Source: Felis catus
Taxonomy: Eukaryota
Direction: 5' to 3'
Assembly (NCBI RefSeq): GCF_018350175.1
Contig: NC_058369.1
Span: 16,556,001-16,620,000, forward strand
Length of the DNA: 64,000 nt
Shown piece by piece: positions 13,560 to 27,181 of this stretch. The translations under genes were made by a program, and so were the position numbers. Within the stretch, counting starts at the first letter, position 1; every line of letters begins with the position of its first letter. The notes beneath the pieces were generated by a model. That model saw only the letters and a list, made by a program, of their open reading frames with translations. It was not told the origin of the DNA and did no database searches.

Positions 13560-13955
13560 GACTTCCACTGGAACTCTGGCTGCACAATTAGACTGCTCCA
13601 GGAAACTTTTATAGAAATACCATCCCAGACAAATTAAATCTAAAATTCCAGGCACTGGTCCCAAGTATCTGTATTTTTAAAAATTAATTTGTTTTGGGGG
13701 GCAGGGGGAGGGAGGGAGAGCACGCACGTGCACACGAGTGGGGGAGGGATAGGGAGAGAATCCCAAGCAGGCTCTGCGCTTGACAGTGCAGAGCCTGACA
13801 TGGGGTTCAATCCCACGAACCATGAGATCATGACTTGAGCCGAAATCAAGAGTCTGACGCCCAACCAACTGAGCAACCCAGGGGTGCCTATGCTTTTTTT
13901 TTTTTAAAGCTGTCTAGATGATTCTGATGCCTACAGAACGTTGAGAACCACTGAA
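13560..13955. mobile_element. MER5-like DNA transposon remnant interrupted by a minus-strand SINE (about 13672-13888)
   Basis: ttttaaagctgtctagatgattctgatg...gttgagaaccactg terminus; similar remnants near 36675-36920 and 51585-51720. Confidence 0.6.
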
Positions 13956-15432
13956 CTACTAGCTTCTCTTAGCAGCCTTCACACACTCTCCTCACAAGGG
14001 AGAATTTGAGAGAAAGAACTGTATATGCCTGTCCTCAGCTCAAAGCCACCTGGGGGTGGCTCCTCTGAGGGATGCTTGGAGCTGTCGAGCTGTCAGTGTC
14101 CAGCTATAATGGTGAATCAGGAATAAAGACAGAAAGGACAAAGCTGACACTCTTAGCTCTGTCGACTCCTCTGTCCACCTCTCAGAGGGGTTATCAAACT
14201 TGGGAAAAAGTAAGAATGCCACTCATCACCACCTACCCACACTATAAGGAAAAACACATGTTCTATTCATTTTTAAAGGCTTCAAAATGACTGTTGCATT
14301 ATGTCCTCTGTAAATTTAGGTACTCCAAAAAGATAACATGTTCATTCACAAAGGGTGCTTAGAACAGACACAGAGATACATAAGTCTGTGTCAACTAAGG
14401 ATTACAAAATTTTTACCTATATAGTTTCTTTTGCCTAAGGTCTTGGGCATTACAAGTATTCATTACAAACGTTTATCATAATTTATTACACAGACTTCAA
14501 GTTGGGACCTACTCTATGGTGGCAGTTAAGGTACCAAAGAAAATGTTTCTCAAAAATATATTCCTAACTTCATTCAAAAGTTTAGAGCAACTACTAAAGT
14601 AGAAAATGCATTCCAATGTTCACAAAATGGAAGATTATTACTGACTCATGACCAAAAGCTATTGACTTTTACTGTGTGCCTCAAACTATGGGGAGTAAAT
14701 TCCATTAACATGCACCCAAGCACTTGGGAGCTACTAACTGGATCCTCGTCTTCATATAGTTAAAGCTGTATATAAAATTAAACTGGAAACTCAGATTGTC
14801 TATTTTGAGGCCCTGAATTTTTCCAAAGCCCCACGATAATGTAAACTGAGAAGGAAGCAGTCATGTGAAGATTACTATACTATTTCTTAAAATCATTCTG
14901 TCTTAAGAATAAATAGCAATAATGGTAGCTTATGTAATATGGAACTCGAGAATAATGTCCTATCTGCAGGCCACAGAATCCACTGAAGAAAATGTTTGAG
15001 TTGGCTTCATTCACACTAACCCTCCATGTAAACTTACTTTGGTCTGCTAAAAATTCTACTCAAAAGACTAGCATGTTATGAAAGAACACTAAACCATGAG
15101 TCAGGAGACCTGGGTTCAGGGACTAACCCTCCTTCAGAGGGGCCGAAAAGAATCTAGTTCCCCACTCCACCTAATATTCTTTACCTATCATCCTGCTTTA
15201 CTCCTTTGGTGTCTACGTTGCTGCTCCTAACACATACACATACACACTCAAAGCTGTAATTCTTAAGGGCCAACACTATCTTACTCTTTGCTCTATCTCT
15301 AGTACCAAGAAAATGTCTGACACAAAGGCAACACTCAATTGTTTGTTGATTGGACCAATAAGTGAAATTCTACTAATAATGTGCAGAAATCAACCACACA
15401 GTGCTAAAGAAATTCAGAGTATTGCATAGCTC

Positions 15433-15464
<32 letters not shown>

Positions 15465-15954
15465 AAATCTATACCATCATTCTCTTTCATCCCTGGTAAG
15501 AATGCTACTTACAGGCCTATATAACCATAGACTAGACATTGCATATTTCCAGGGTCAGACTAATAAGTACGCCTCTACAACATTTTGAATTATTTTCAGT
15601 GCTTAGAACAGCTTACCCTTAGTCTATCAATCATTCCTCTTCCATCAAAGGCTCTAAATCAATCTCCAGAAATTGTTCGATAAACACTGAATCACTAATA
15701 AATTCATGCACAAGCAATGCATCCAACATGCCTTATAAAAGCCTGTAAATGTGTGTGGAGTTGTTTTTAATTTATAGACAAAGACAGCACAAGTTCTTTG
15801 ATGGCTATTTGTGGAATTCTGGTTTGCTCATTTATACAGCAAATATTTATGTGTTAAAAGCACATATTAACGGTCTCCTATGTTTAAAGGACACTGGAAA
15901 TACACAGTAGCAGCCACCAAGGAATTCACAGGCTAACAATCATGGCTGACAATT

Positions 15955-16150
15955 CTTACTGTGTGCCACGTCCTTTAATTGCATTCTCATATACTTTTAC
16001 ACTGCTATTAGAAGTATCTTTATTATATCTACAGTACATACTCAGGTTAAATAACTATACTAGGGTCATACATGCCACAGTGAGCTCTATACTGGACCCA
16101 GGATCTAAGCCTAGATTTGTCTCTGTCTGAAGCATACACTTTTAACCACC
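15955..16150. mobile_element. MIR-like remnant (similar pieces near 13285-13450, 24990-25140 and 44530-44690)
   Basis: cttactgtgtgcca...aggttaaataact..agggtcatac...tttaaccac core-like motifs. Confidence 0.55.
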
Positions 16151-16808
16151 ACCACTACTACCTCATAGGCACTCGAGGAAAATAGAAAGGAAACATATAC
16201 TATCTTATACTAAAACTGGCCTGAGGAGAGAGGACTGGAAAAAGTATCCTGAAGGAAATAAACATCCGAATTGTCTTAAAGGATGACAAGGAGTTGTACA
16301 TAGAAAGAAAGAGGCAGAAAACAAAAACATGGAGACAGACACATGTGTTTATTCCAGTTCCATCCTGAAGTCCTATACAATGACAGTGGAAGACCAAAAA
16401 AAAAATATATATATATATATATATAAACCCATCTGTGTTATCTTTTCTTTCTAAGAAAGGAATACTGAATGTACATGCATTCTTACATATCTTATTCTAT
16501 TCCATGTACTGTATTCTCTTTCATGTGCTTTTGTCTGATGATTCATAAAGAAAAAAATAATACTCTATCAATGAAATAAGATGCTATTAAAAAAAGACAG
16601 CAAGATAAGAACAAATAAGAACTGTGATGGAAAAAAGAGCTGAATGTCACCCAGAAAGCAGACCAAAAAGTCAAGAAAGAAAGTGGAAAACCAAAAAACA
16701 AAATTACAGGATAAGCGCTAGATAACCTACATCTAACACAGACATGCCAGAAAGCATGAGAGAGAAAACTGAGGAAGTAGGAAAAAAACAAAAAAAAACA
16801 AAACACCC

Positions 16809-16810
<2 letters not shown>

Positions 16811-16844
<34 letters not shown>
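16811..16844. repeat. (CA)n microsatellite
   Basis: Uninterrupted dinucleotide run. Confidence 0.98.
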
Positions 16845-16850
<6 letters not shown>

Positions 16851-17114
16851 TAGAACTTAAAGACATGAGTCACCAGATGGAAGAAATGAGAGCACCTACC
16901 ACAACAAAGGAATCGAAATGGCATCAGACTTCAATAGACAGCAACACTGTAAGCTAGAAAATGATACAATGTCTTGAACATTTTAAAGAAAAATTTATTT
17001 TCAAATGATAATTATGATTTGCCTAACAAGCAAGAACAAAATAGAGGCATTTTTCAGATCAACAAGGTCTCAAAATTTTTCTACCAGAAGAGAATGTTGA
17101 AAACCAAGACTATA

Positions 17115-17336
17115 TGGGGCGCCTGGGTGGCTCAGTCGGTTAAGCGTCCGACTTCGACCCAGGTCACGATCTCACGGTCCATGAGTTCAAGCCCCGCGTC
17201 AGGCTCTGGGCTGATGGCTCGGAGCCTGGAGCCTGCTTCTGATTCTGTGTCTCCCTCTCTCTCTGCCCCTCCCCCGTTCATGCTCTGTCTCTCTCTGCCT
17301 CAAAAATAAATAAACGTTAAAAAAAAAAAAAAAAAG
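17115..17336 (+). mobile_element. Young Can-SINE with TSD gaaaaccaagactat
   Basis: CpG-rich body, identical flanking duplication. Confidence 0.95.
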
Positions 17337-17684
17337 AAAACCAAGACTATGGAGGGTCTAAGATTCAAGATTCTCAATTCTGTGTCAAACATTTATTAAT
17401 TAGCTACAGTGTAAATAGTACCACACAAGATACTTTAAAACAAAAGAAAGCAAAAACAACTAACAGTTCCTGAGAGAGTGATGGGAAAACGCTGAAAAGT
17501 AATGTAAATGAATTACTTAGCACTTAGAATATGATACAGGCATGTATTAACATATATTTGCATATAAATTCAACAAGTGGGCATTTAATATAGGTCAAGT
17601 ATCCAAGCTCTACTTTTGTGCAAATAACCAGAAGTAGTGGCTGCTTAAAATAACACCTGCAAAAGATGTAAAGATGTCATTCAA

Positions 17685-17848
17685 GGGGTGCCTGGGGGGC
17701 TCAGTCGGTAAGCGTCCTGACTTCGACTCAGGTCATGATCTCACAGTTTTTGTGTTCGAGCCCAACACGGGGCTCGAACTCACAAGCCGTGAGATCATGA
17801 CCTGAGCCGAAGTCGGATGCTCAACCGACTGAGCCCCCCAGGCGCCCC
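17685..17848. mobile_element. Palindromic fusion of two oppositely oriented SINE 5' halves
   Basis: Plus-strand head 17685-17763 joined through AACAC to a minus-strand head 17769-17848; no tails. Confidence 0.9.
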
Positions 17849-18169
17849 GAAAATGATGATGCTTTTAATAAAAATGTACCTCTGAGAATGATAAACCAGC
17901 GTGTAAGAGAAGATTATGAACTTGTATCTAAAAGGCAAGTGGAGGAGTCAAAAGCAAGCTGAATATATCTGAAATTTAGGAAACAGGCTAAGGAAAGAGA
18001 TCCACAATTTGGGAACATCTTAGGAGATCATAACTTATATTGTGGTACTTAGGAGACTGCCAAGAGAGAAAGTACATAGAGAAAAATAGGCTGACTAGAA
18101 GAAAATAAAACTTAAAGGTGGAAGGTCTTTATACTTATTCATACAGTATGTTTTCTATTTTTTGATAAA

Positions 18170-18890
18170 CATTTGCCAGCCATTCCACTTCCGGGTATAT
18201 ATCCAAAGGGAATGAAAACAGGATCTCAGAGAGCTGCAGTCCCATGTTCACTACAGCATCATTCACACTAGCCATGATATGGAAACAACCTAAGTGTCCA
18301 TCAATAGATGGAGAAGATACAGTGTACATGTACATGATGCAGTATTAGTCATGAGAGAAAAGGACATCTTGTCATTTATGACAACATGGATGATCCCTGA
18401 GGATATTATGCTAAGTAAAAAAGTGAGGACGTAGAGAAATTAGAGAAATTAAAAACCTTACACACTGCAGGTAAAGGTAAAGGTAAAAACCTTATTACAT
18501 TGCATTGTAAATGGTACAGCTATTGGGGAAAAGAGTCTGGCAGTTCCTCAGAAGTTAAATATAAAGTTACTATGACTCACAAGTTCTACTCATAGGTATA
18601 TACCCAAGAGACATTGAAAACCAGTTTCACACAAAAATGTGTACATAAATATTCACAGTAACTGTATTCCTAACAGTCAAAAAGTAGAAACAACACAAAT
18701 GTCCATACAAATGAGTAACAAAATTGGGTATATCCACACAAGGGAATAATACTATTCAGCTATAAAATGGAATTAAGTACTGATACATGCTACAACATGG
18801 ATGAATCCTGGAAACATCATGCTAAGTAAAGACCAGATAGAAAAAGCTATACTGTATGATTCCATTTATCCTTATTCAGATTATGCAAAT
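18170..18890 (+). mobile_element. Two L1 3'-end fragments (L1MA/MB-like)
   Basis: ccagccattccacttccgggtatatatccaaag, ggaaacaacctaagtgtccatc, catgctacaacatggatgaa. Confidence 0.75.
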
Positions 18891-19404
18891 TCACCAACCC
18901 ACTAAAATTTATTTGCAATCTCCAAATCAGTAAGCTAGAGAAAACTTCTCCAATTCTTCCCCCAAAAAGATGAGTCAACCACTGATATTTTTTGGTATAC
19001 TTTTTCCAAATAATGGACTGATTAAGACGATGCCACACTTTTTGCCCAAGTCTCTCAGAACCCTTTCATTACTCTTTCTAAAAATGCTTCCAGTACATTA
19101 CTACTCTTGTATACTATTTCTTCAGTATCATTTTCACTGACTTTATGAAATCAATGCATTTTTATTTTGTAATAGATCTGTACTGTATTTGTACTACATT
19201 GCCCAATTTTTAGAACAGTGAGACTTTGGCTAAGAAACACAACAACCCTAGACAAAGACAGATGCTAATGTTAACAGAGAAGGGATGTTTGGATGACAAT
19301 CTTTTAGTGTTCAGTTCATCAATTAATGTTTTGTGTCACAATGTTTGTTTTCTAAGCAATTTTAAAACCGTGAAAATTAAGATACTAAGAACACCATATA
19401 CTTG

Positions 19405-19408
19405 TATA

Positions 19409-19455
<47 letters not shown>

Positions 19456-19525
19456 CCACATGCGTGGATCCACATCCACATATATATATATCCACATACG
19501 TGTGTGTATATATACATATATACAC

Positions 19526-19566
<41 letters not shown>

Positions 19567-19590
19567 CGCGCATGTGGATTTATATATTTA
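19405..19590. repeat. Compound (TG)n/(TA)n/(CA)n microsatellite
   Basis: Alternating purine-pyrimidine tract with complementary arms. Confidence 0.95.
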
Positions 19591-19607
19591 ATTACACAAG
19601 AGATAAG

Positions 19608-19765
19608 TTTTTTTAAGTATTTATTTTGGGGAGAGCACAAGTGGGGCAGGGGCAGAGAGAGGGGGACAGAGCACCCAAAGTGGGCTCTGTGCTGACAGCA
19701 GAGAGTCCGATGTGGGGCTTGAACTCACGAATCATGAGATCATGACCTGAGACAAAGAGTGTCCC
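19608..19765 (-). mobile_element. Can-SINE, 5'-truncated
   Basis: Body present, head missing; aagagataagtttt / aaagataagctttt flanks. Confidence 0.8.
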
Positions 19766-21050
19766 GAAAGATAAGCTTTTCCAGGTAACTGAATGTATTT
19801 GAAAAGGATTTCAAAATATCCCACCATATTCTCAGGATTTTTGGGCATCTATGAAGTTTTAGTGTCAAAAGCAAACATGCCAAATATTTATCTGATTACT
19901 GAACACTGAAAATTCAGAAAAAGAGGTAAGAACTTAGAGAAACATAAAACAACTTTGGGTAAAATAGGACCATGTCATGGAACCTGATTCACATTCTATA
20001 CACTGGCTTAAAGATTAAAAATCCAGTTTCTCAATTAACAACAAAATAAAAAAATGAACACACAACATAGAACACCTCCATGTCTACAGCCCTACACTAC
20101 CTCAAGGCCCAATCAAAGAAAATAAACCTACTGGACAAATACTGCTATGTACCATAGCTCCTTTCCTGTCAGCATAAATTCTGTGAAATACCTTCAGTGG
20201 TAATGGCTCTATAACCAGGATTTAGTTTCCTTTAACAGAAGGAAGAATTATTTAACTCCTATCATCATGTCCCCGTAGAGCATAAGAGTCTGTGGTTTTA
20301 TCTCACAAACTGTATTATAAATGGTAGGAGTAGAGGGGTCTCCATCAGGTCAAGGAGGTCTTAAAATCTGACTACAAAGAAAATTCAGAAGAGAACATAA
20401 ACGTCTGGAGACTTCATAAAATCACACACTTATGAGGGGCAGAGGAAGGGAGAGTAAAGGAAAGAGGGAGTATAATAATTTTATTTATTCCTTTAACTCC
20501 CTAAAGAGACACTCTTCTAACTTCAGACAAATGGGCTCCCGTGAAATGGAAGGTAGTAAGAATCAGTCTCAGTTTTTAGCCATTCAGAAAAATAGACAAA
20601 ACATTGACTGAGTCAAAGTTCTTAAAACAGGAAACAAAAATGTAAAGATATTCAATACTTCATGCACAAGTGACATGCAAATTAACACTTCAATAATTTT
20701 CCATCTGTGCCAGTCTGACCAAGATAAAGTTACACAGTACCTGTGCTGACCAGAGTGTAGTGAGATAGATGCCTTTGTGTACATACACTGCTGGTGAGAG
20801 TTAAACTGGTACAGAAACTATAAAGATCAATCTGGCAAGACCTATGAATATGACAGAAAACACAGACCAGGACTCAGAGATATTGCTTTTAGTAATTTAT
20901 CAAACATGTATATTCCCACATATGTAAATGTGTTCAAAATGATTTATATGAAAGTTATGTGCTGAGCTTTAAAAAAAAAAAAAAAAAAAATCAACTGAAA
21001 TGGCCAAAATAGGGAACTGATTAATAGGATTAAAAGGATAATGATTATAA

Positions 21051-21250
21051 GGGGCACCTTAGTGGCTTAGTCAGTTGAGCATCTGACTGGATTTCACCTC
21101 AGGGCATGATCCCAGGGTCACAGGATCAAGCCCTGCATTGGGCTCTGCATGGAGTGTGGAGCCTGGTTGGGATTCTCTCTCCCCCCCCCCCCCCGCCCCC
21201 TTCCCCTCTCACATATGCTCTCTAAAAAAAAATAAATAAAAATTTTTAAA
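21051..21250 (+). mobile_element. Can-SINE within an old L1 remnant (about 20600-21560)
   Basis: Head, poly-C/CT tract, A tail. Confidence 0.85.
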
Positions 21251-22248
21251 ACGGAAACTGATGACTGCATACCTTTACAATAAAATACCATGCAGTATGA
21301 AAGCTAAGTTCTGTAAATTGGCATGAAACTAGCTTCATAATATATTAAATAAAAACAAGGAGCTAAAGAGTGCTGCCAGTTTTATAAAAAAAGAAACACA
21401 CACACACAGTATGCACACATTATCTCTGGAAGGATATACAAGAAGCTGGTTGTGCTGGTTGCCTTCAGGGAACAGGACATGGGTCAGGGGTAGGAGCAAA
21501 ACACCACACCATATGCCTTTTGAACTTTGTATGATGTACAGGAAAGGCCTATTTAAAAATTAAAATAAAAAGAGGAGAAAAAGATAACAGGCCTCAGAAG
21601 AATCCCCCGACAAAGTACCAAAAAACTTTTTTGGCATTACTGCTGTATTCATGGTAAAGACCACCACCTGAGGGCTATGACATCTCAGGCTGAGGCCTCA
21701 GGAACCCAAGGCAACTTCTAAATGCTGCTCTTCAGCAAATGCCATACCTTAAAAAGACCTCCCAGTTCACTGTTGTTCACTTTAAACTTGTCCCCCAGCC
21801 CCTCCTTCTTCTCCAGCCTTAACCAGCTTGACTCTACTTCAAAGAATCTACCTTAGCAATGCTCAGTTTTATTCAACACACACCTAAAATGTGCTGGGCT
21901 TATGCTAAAAAATACTGAAGCACAAGGTGAACAGGTGACACAAGTGCCTGCTTTTGAGGCCTCTCTAGGCCAGTAGTAAACGTGTGTAGAAAAATAAGGG
22001 TTTTCGTGTTAAGTAATCACTGAAGAATAACCAAGATTATGATGATTAAGTGTGTCTCATTTTCAGAGTTCTGTTTTCTAAGCAAATTAATTCCAAATCT
22101 AAGATTTTTTCTTACACTTTTCAAATGTAACCATCTCTTCTAATTAAAATTTTTCAAACTTTAAAATCACCACAGCCCTCCAAGTGATTGCACTGAAGTT
22201 ACAGGTTGTACTGGTGAACCCAATGCTGCAGTGACGAGTAGATGGTCA

Positions 22249-24282
22249 TTATTTAACATAGTACTAGAAGTGCTAGCCACAGCAATCAGACAAGAGGAAG
22301 GAATAAAAGGCATCCAAATTGGTTAGGATGAAGTAAAACTTTCACTATCTGTGGATGATATGGTATTACATATAGAAAACCCTAAAGACGCCACCAAAAA
22401 ACTACTAGACTGATAAATGAATTCAGTAAGGATGCAGGATACAAAATCAACATACAGAAATCCGTGGCATTTTTATACTAACAATGAAGCAACAGAAAGA
22501 GAAATTAAGAAAGCAGTCCCATTTACAATTGCACCAAAGATAATAAAATACCTAGGAATAAATTCAACCCAGGAGGTGAAAGACCTGTACTCTGAAAACT
22601 ATAAAACACCAATGAAAGAAACTGAAGATGACAAAAATAAATGGAAAAATATTCCATGCTCCTGGATTGGAAAAACAAATATTGTTAAGATGTCCATACT
22701 ACCCCAAAGCAATCTACAGATTTAATGCAATCCCTATCAAAATACCAACAACATTTTTCACAGAAAACAATCCTAAAATTTGTATGGAACCACAGAAGAC
22801 CCAGGACAGCTAAAACAAACTTGAAAAAGAACAACACTGGAGATATCACAATTCCAGATTTCCAGTTATACTACAAGGCTGTAGTAATCGAAACAGTATG
22901 GTATTGGCACAAAAATAAGCACATAGATCAATGGAATAGGATAAAAATCACAGAAACAAATCCACATTTATATGGTCAATGTATCTATGAGAAAGGAGGA
23001 AAGAATAGGAAATGGGAAAAAGCCTCTTCAACAAATGTTACTGAGAGAACTGGATGGCTCCATGCAAAATACTGAAACTGGACCACTGGCTTACTCTATA
23101 CTATACATGAAGATAAATTCAAAATGGGTTAAGAACCTAAATGTGAGACCTAAAACTATAAAAATCCTCGGGGAGCACAGGCAGTAATTTCTCGGACATT
23201 GGCTGTAGCAACATTTTTCTAAATAGGTCTCCTGAGGCAAGGGAAACAAAAGCAAAAATAAACTACTGGGACGTCATCAAAATAAAAAGCTTCTGCCCAG
23301 TAAAGGAAACAACCCACAAAACTAAAAGGCAGCCTACTGTATGGAAGAAGATATTTGCAAATGACATATCTCACAAAGGGTTAATGTCCAAAATATATGA
23401 AGAATTTATACATTATACAACTCAACACCCAAAAAACAAATAATACAGTAAGAAATGGGCATGAGACATGAACAGACATTTCTCCAAACATCCAGATGGC
23501 CAAGAGAGATACGCTTAACAACATGCATCATCAGGGAAATGCAAATCAAAACCACAATGAGCTATCACTTCACACCTGTCAGAATGGCTAAAATCAAAAA
23601 CATAAACAACAGTGTTAGCGAGGATATGGAGAAATAGGAATCTTCCTGTACTGTTGGTGAGACTGCAAACTGGTGCAGCCACTGTGAAAAACAGTATGGA
23701 GGTTCCTCAAAAGTTAAAAATGGAATTACCTTACGATCCAACAATGACACTATTGGGTATTTACCCAAAGAATACAAAAACACCAATTTGAAGATATACA
23801 CCCACCCCTATGTTTATTGCAGCATAATTTCCAATAGCCAAATTACGGAAGCATCCCAGTATCCACTGATAGATGAATGGATAAAGATATTATATACATT
23901 TACAATAGAATATTATTCAGCCAAAAAATGAAATCTTGCCATTTGCAACAATACAGATGGAGCTAGAGTATCATGCTAAGTGAAATAAGCCAGTCAGAGA
24001 AAGATAAACACCATATGATTTCACTCATATGTGGAACTTAAGAAACAAATGAGCAAAGGAGGAAAAAAAAGGAGAAAGACAAACCAAGAAAAAGACTCTT
24101 AATTATAGAGAACTGCAGGATACAAGAAGTGGGTTGGAGGGTAGGTGAAATAGGTGACGGGGATTAGTGCACTTAACATGATGAGCACCAACTAATGTGT
24201 ACAATTGTCAAATCATTCCATTGTAAACACTGTATGTCAACTATACTGGAGTTAAAAACTTAATTAAAAAAAAAAAAAAAAA
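22249..24282 (+). mobile_element. 5'-truncated carnivore LINE-1 (ORF2 RT/C-terminal part, 3'UTR, poly(A)), decayed
   Basis: ORF2-like fragments ([48 protein letters not shown]) broken by frameshifts; poly(A) about 24266-24282; degenerate TSD GAGTAGATGGTCA (22236-22248) vs GATTAGGTGATCA (24283-24295). Confidence 0.95.
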
Positions 24283-24329
24283 GATTAGGTGATCAAGCCA
24301 GTATTCCAGTTAAGAGTAAGAAACCTCCT

Positions 24330-24556
24330 GGAGCACCTGGGTGGCTCAGTTGGTTGAGCGGCCGACTTCGGCTCAGGCCATGATCTCACAGCTCGAAGTC
24401 TCATGAGTTCGAGCCCCACGTCAGGCTCTGTGCTGACAGCTCAGAGCCTGGAGCCTGCTTTGGATTCTGTGTCTCCCTCTCTCTCTGCCCTCCCCTGCTC
24501 ATGTTCTGTCTCTCTCTCTCAAAAAAATAATATAAACATTAAAAAAAAAAAAAAAG
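24330..24556 (+). mobile_element. Can-SINE with TSD aagagta(a/g)gaaacctcctg
   Basis: Head, tail, flanking duplication. Confidence 0.9.
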
Positions 24557-26242
24557 AGTAGGAAACCTCCTGATGTCCAGATCATCCAGAAAATACTTTT
24601 TGGACCACAGTTCATTCTTTTCCCAACTCACACATATACACATCTCTGTTTGACAAGCTGCTCATATTCATGGACCCCTGCCCCAGAAAAACCCCAGTTT
24701 TGCATATGATTTCAGGGGTTCTGAAAATGCTCTGAAGTTCAATCGTAGATCACAGTTTGCCAATCTCTGCAGCACGAAGTAAAAAAAAAAAAACAAAAAA
24801 AGAAACCTTGAATAAAACACTAAAATGGTAGTTTCTAAGATTTCAGAATGAATTTGGACTTATTAGTTTCTAAATCAGAAGCAGATTAAGAGAAATCTGA
24901 AGTATTCACCAAAGGTACATAATTATGTAAATTGCCTCGCAAAGATATAGAAGTCACTATTAGATCAGCAAAAGGGAATGGAAAGAATATGGGATTTAAA
25001 TCAGAAGACCCAAGTCAATTTTCAGCTCTGTCACTTAGAAGCTAAGTCACAACCTCATGGGCTTATTTGTTTTCTGTTTTACAGGGAATAAAAACACCAC
25101 CATGTATATACTTCACAGGGTTGTAAAGATTATATGACACTCATTCAAATATTTTCTGACCACCTATCAAATAAAATACACACACCACAGTTTCAAGAAG
25201 CAGTGTGATACCATGGGGAAAGATGAAACTTCTTCACACCTTCATTCAAATATTTATGAAGTGCCAAACGACATATCCTGGGGAGACTTGAATGACCAAG
25301 ACATAAGCATTCTTTGCCCTCACATTCCGTGCAAGTATGAAAGAAATATTATGTGCTGTGATTGGAAAGGAGGTTATGAGACCATACAGAAAGGGCAGAA
25401 TACTCTTAGAGGAATGGGAATGGCTTTCCTGGGGAAAGGATGAAACTTACACAAGAGACATCCAAACAGAAGTAAGTGTTTTCAGGAATGAATGAATGTG
25501 TGTTCACGTGTGTATGAACATTAGTAGCACAGACCCACTGGGGGGGCCAGAATGGCTTGATGTGAGACTGCATAAATAAATAAGGACCAGACTATATCAT
25601 GGTAGGCAAACCTCATGAAGAAAAATGGATTTTATTATAACAGTGTAATAAGGAACCATATAAAAGTTTTAAATAGGACACTGACATGATCAGATCTTCA
25701 TTTCCAAACAGCACTCTGGCTACTGATCATAGGGGGCACATAGTAGTCATTCACTACTATTAAGAGGTAACTTATTATTATAACCACTATTTAAGTGATA
25801 CCATAATAAAAGTAACCTTTACTACAAAAATCAAGATATAATCCTTGCCCTTGAAGAGCTCATGGTCCAGTGAGGGGACTAAGCAACTAATTTTAGTAAT
25901 CTGTTAAGATTACAACTACTGTATAGAGAAATACAGAAAAGGACAAAGTATCACAAAGAATGAGCTGCAACTGTAAGTCTAAGTAAAGGAAGATAAAAAA
26001 AAAAACGGAGAGAAAGAAGAAAAGATATTGCAAGCAAAAAGAACAGCATGTACAAGGCCACGGAAGGGTGAGTACGTATGAACAGCCTGATGTGATTCAT
26101 GCACTGAATGTGTAAGAAACACTGTTGGGCAAGAAAGTTAGATAAACGTAGAAGTACCTCTCATGCCATACACTAAAGGCTCTCTTCTTGAATTAATGGG
26201 AGTCTCTGTGATGCTACTAGAGGTTCCTGTTGATACATCTAT

Positions 26243-26485
26243 TTTTTTTAGTGTGTGTGTGTCTGTTTTTTTGAGAGAGACAGAGAGACAGAGACAGAGA
26301 GAGACAGAGACAGAGAATATGAGCAGGGGAAGGGCAGAGAGAAAGGGAGACAGAGAATCCCAACCAGGCTCTGCACTTTCAGTGTGGAGCCCAACGTGGG
26401 GCTCTAACTCACGAACCGTGAGAGCATGACCTGAGCCAAAAATCAAGAGTCAGATGCTTAACCAACTGAGCCACCCAGGCGACCC
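26243..26485 (-). mobile_element. Can-SINE
   Basis: acatctat flanks; (GA) tract. Confidence 0.9.
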
Positions 26486-26959
26486 AGATCACATCTATGT
26501 TTTTAAAAAGATAACACGATAGCATATAAAGGAAAATATGAAGGGAAGGAGGAATGGGAGCAAGAAGGACAAACAGGAGGCTGTTCCAACAGTCTAAGCA
26601 AGAAATGACAGGAGCCTGAATTAAAAATGGCAATGAGAAGACAATGTGACCTATTTAACATGTAGGACAAAAGAAATCTCAGGTGCTGCAAGAAATACCA
26701 CCTTTTGAAGGATAGGCAGAGTAGTGAAAATCACAGGGAAATCCAAATGATTCAGACAAGGGTGTGGTCTCAGATTAACAGAAGGAAGGCGAGAGAAACG
26801 ACAGGTTGAGTAGTACAATATGTGTTCACACGTTTACTCATACACAGAAATACACATATGCGTATGTACGTATAGATACGGTCTGGTGACAGCCCCTACA
26901 AGCAATGCCCCAGTAGCAATGACTTCATCTAGAGCCCAGATCTTGGTTTCTTAATAAGA

Positions 26960-27009
26960 GTTTCTGTTTGTTTCAGAGAGAAAGAGAGCAAGCAAGCATG
27001 CAGGGGAGG

Positions 27010-27059
<50 letters not shown>

Positions 27060-27181
27060 ATATCCCAAGCAGGCTCTGCACTGTCAGGACCAGGGGCTTG
27101 ATCTCACAAACCATGAGATCATGACCTGAGCTGAAATCAAGAGTCAGACAGGTTAACCAACTGAGCCAGCCAGGTGCCCCC
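26960..27181 (-). mobile_element. Can-SINE with TSD ccagatcttggtttct
   Basis: Flanking duplication near 26936 and 27180. Confidence 0.9.

Noticed and set aside
19226..19695. Overlapping CVCV/THTH ORFs
   Set aside because: Artefacts of dinucleotide repeats
22417..23637. L1 ORF2 pieces as an active reverse transcriptase
   Set aside because: 5'-truncated, with multiple frameshifts and stops
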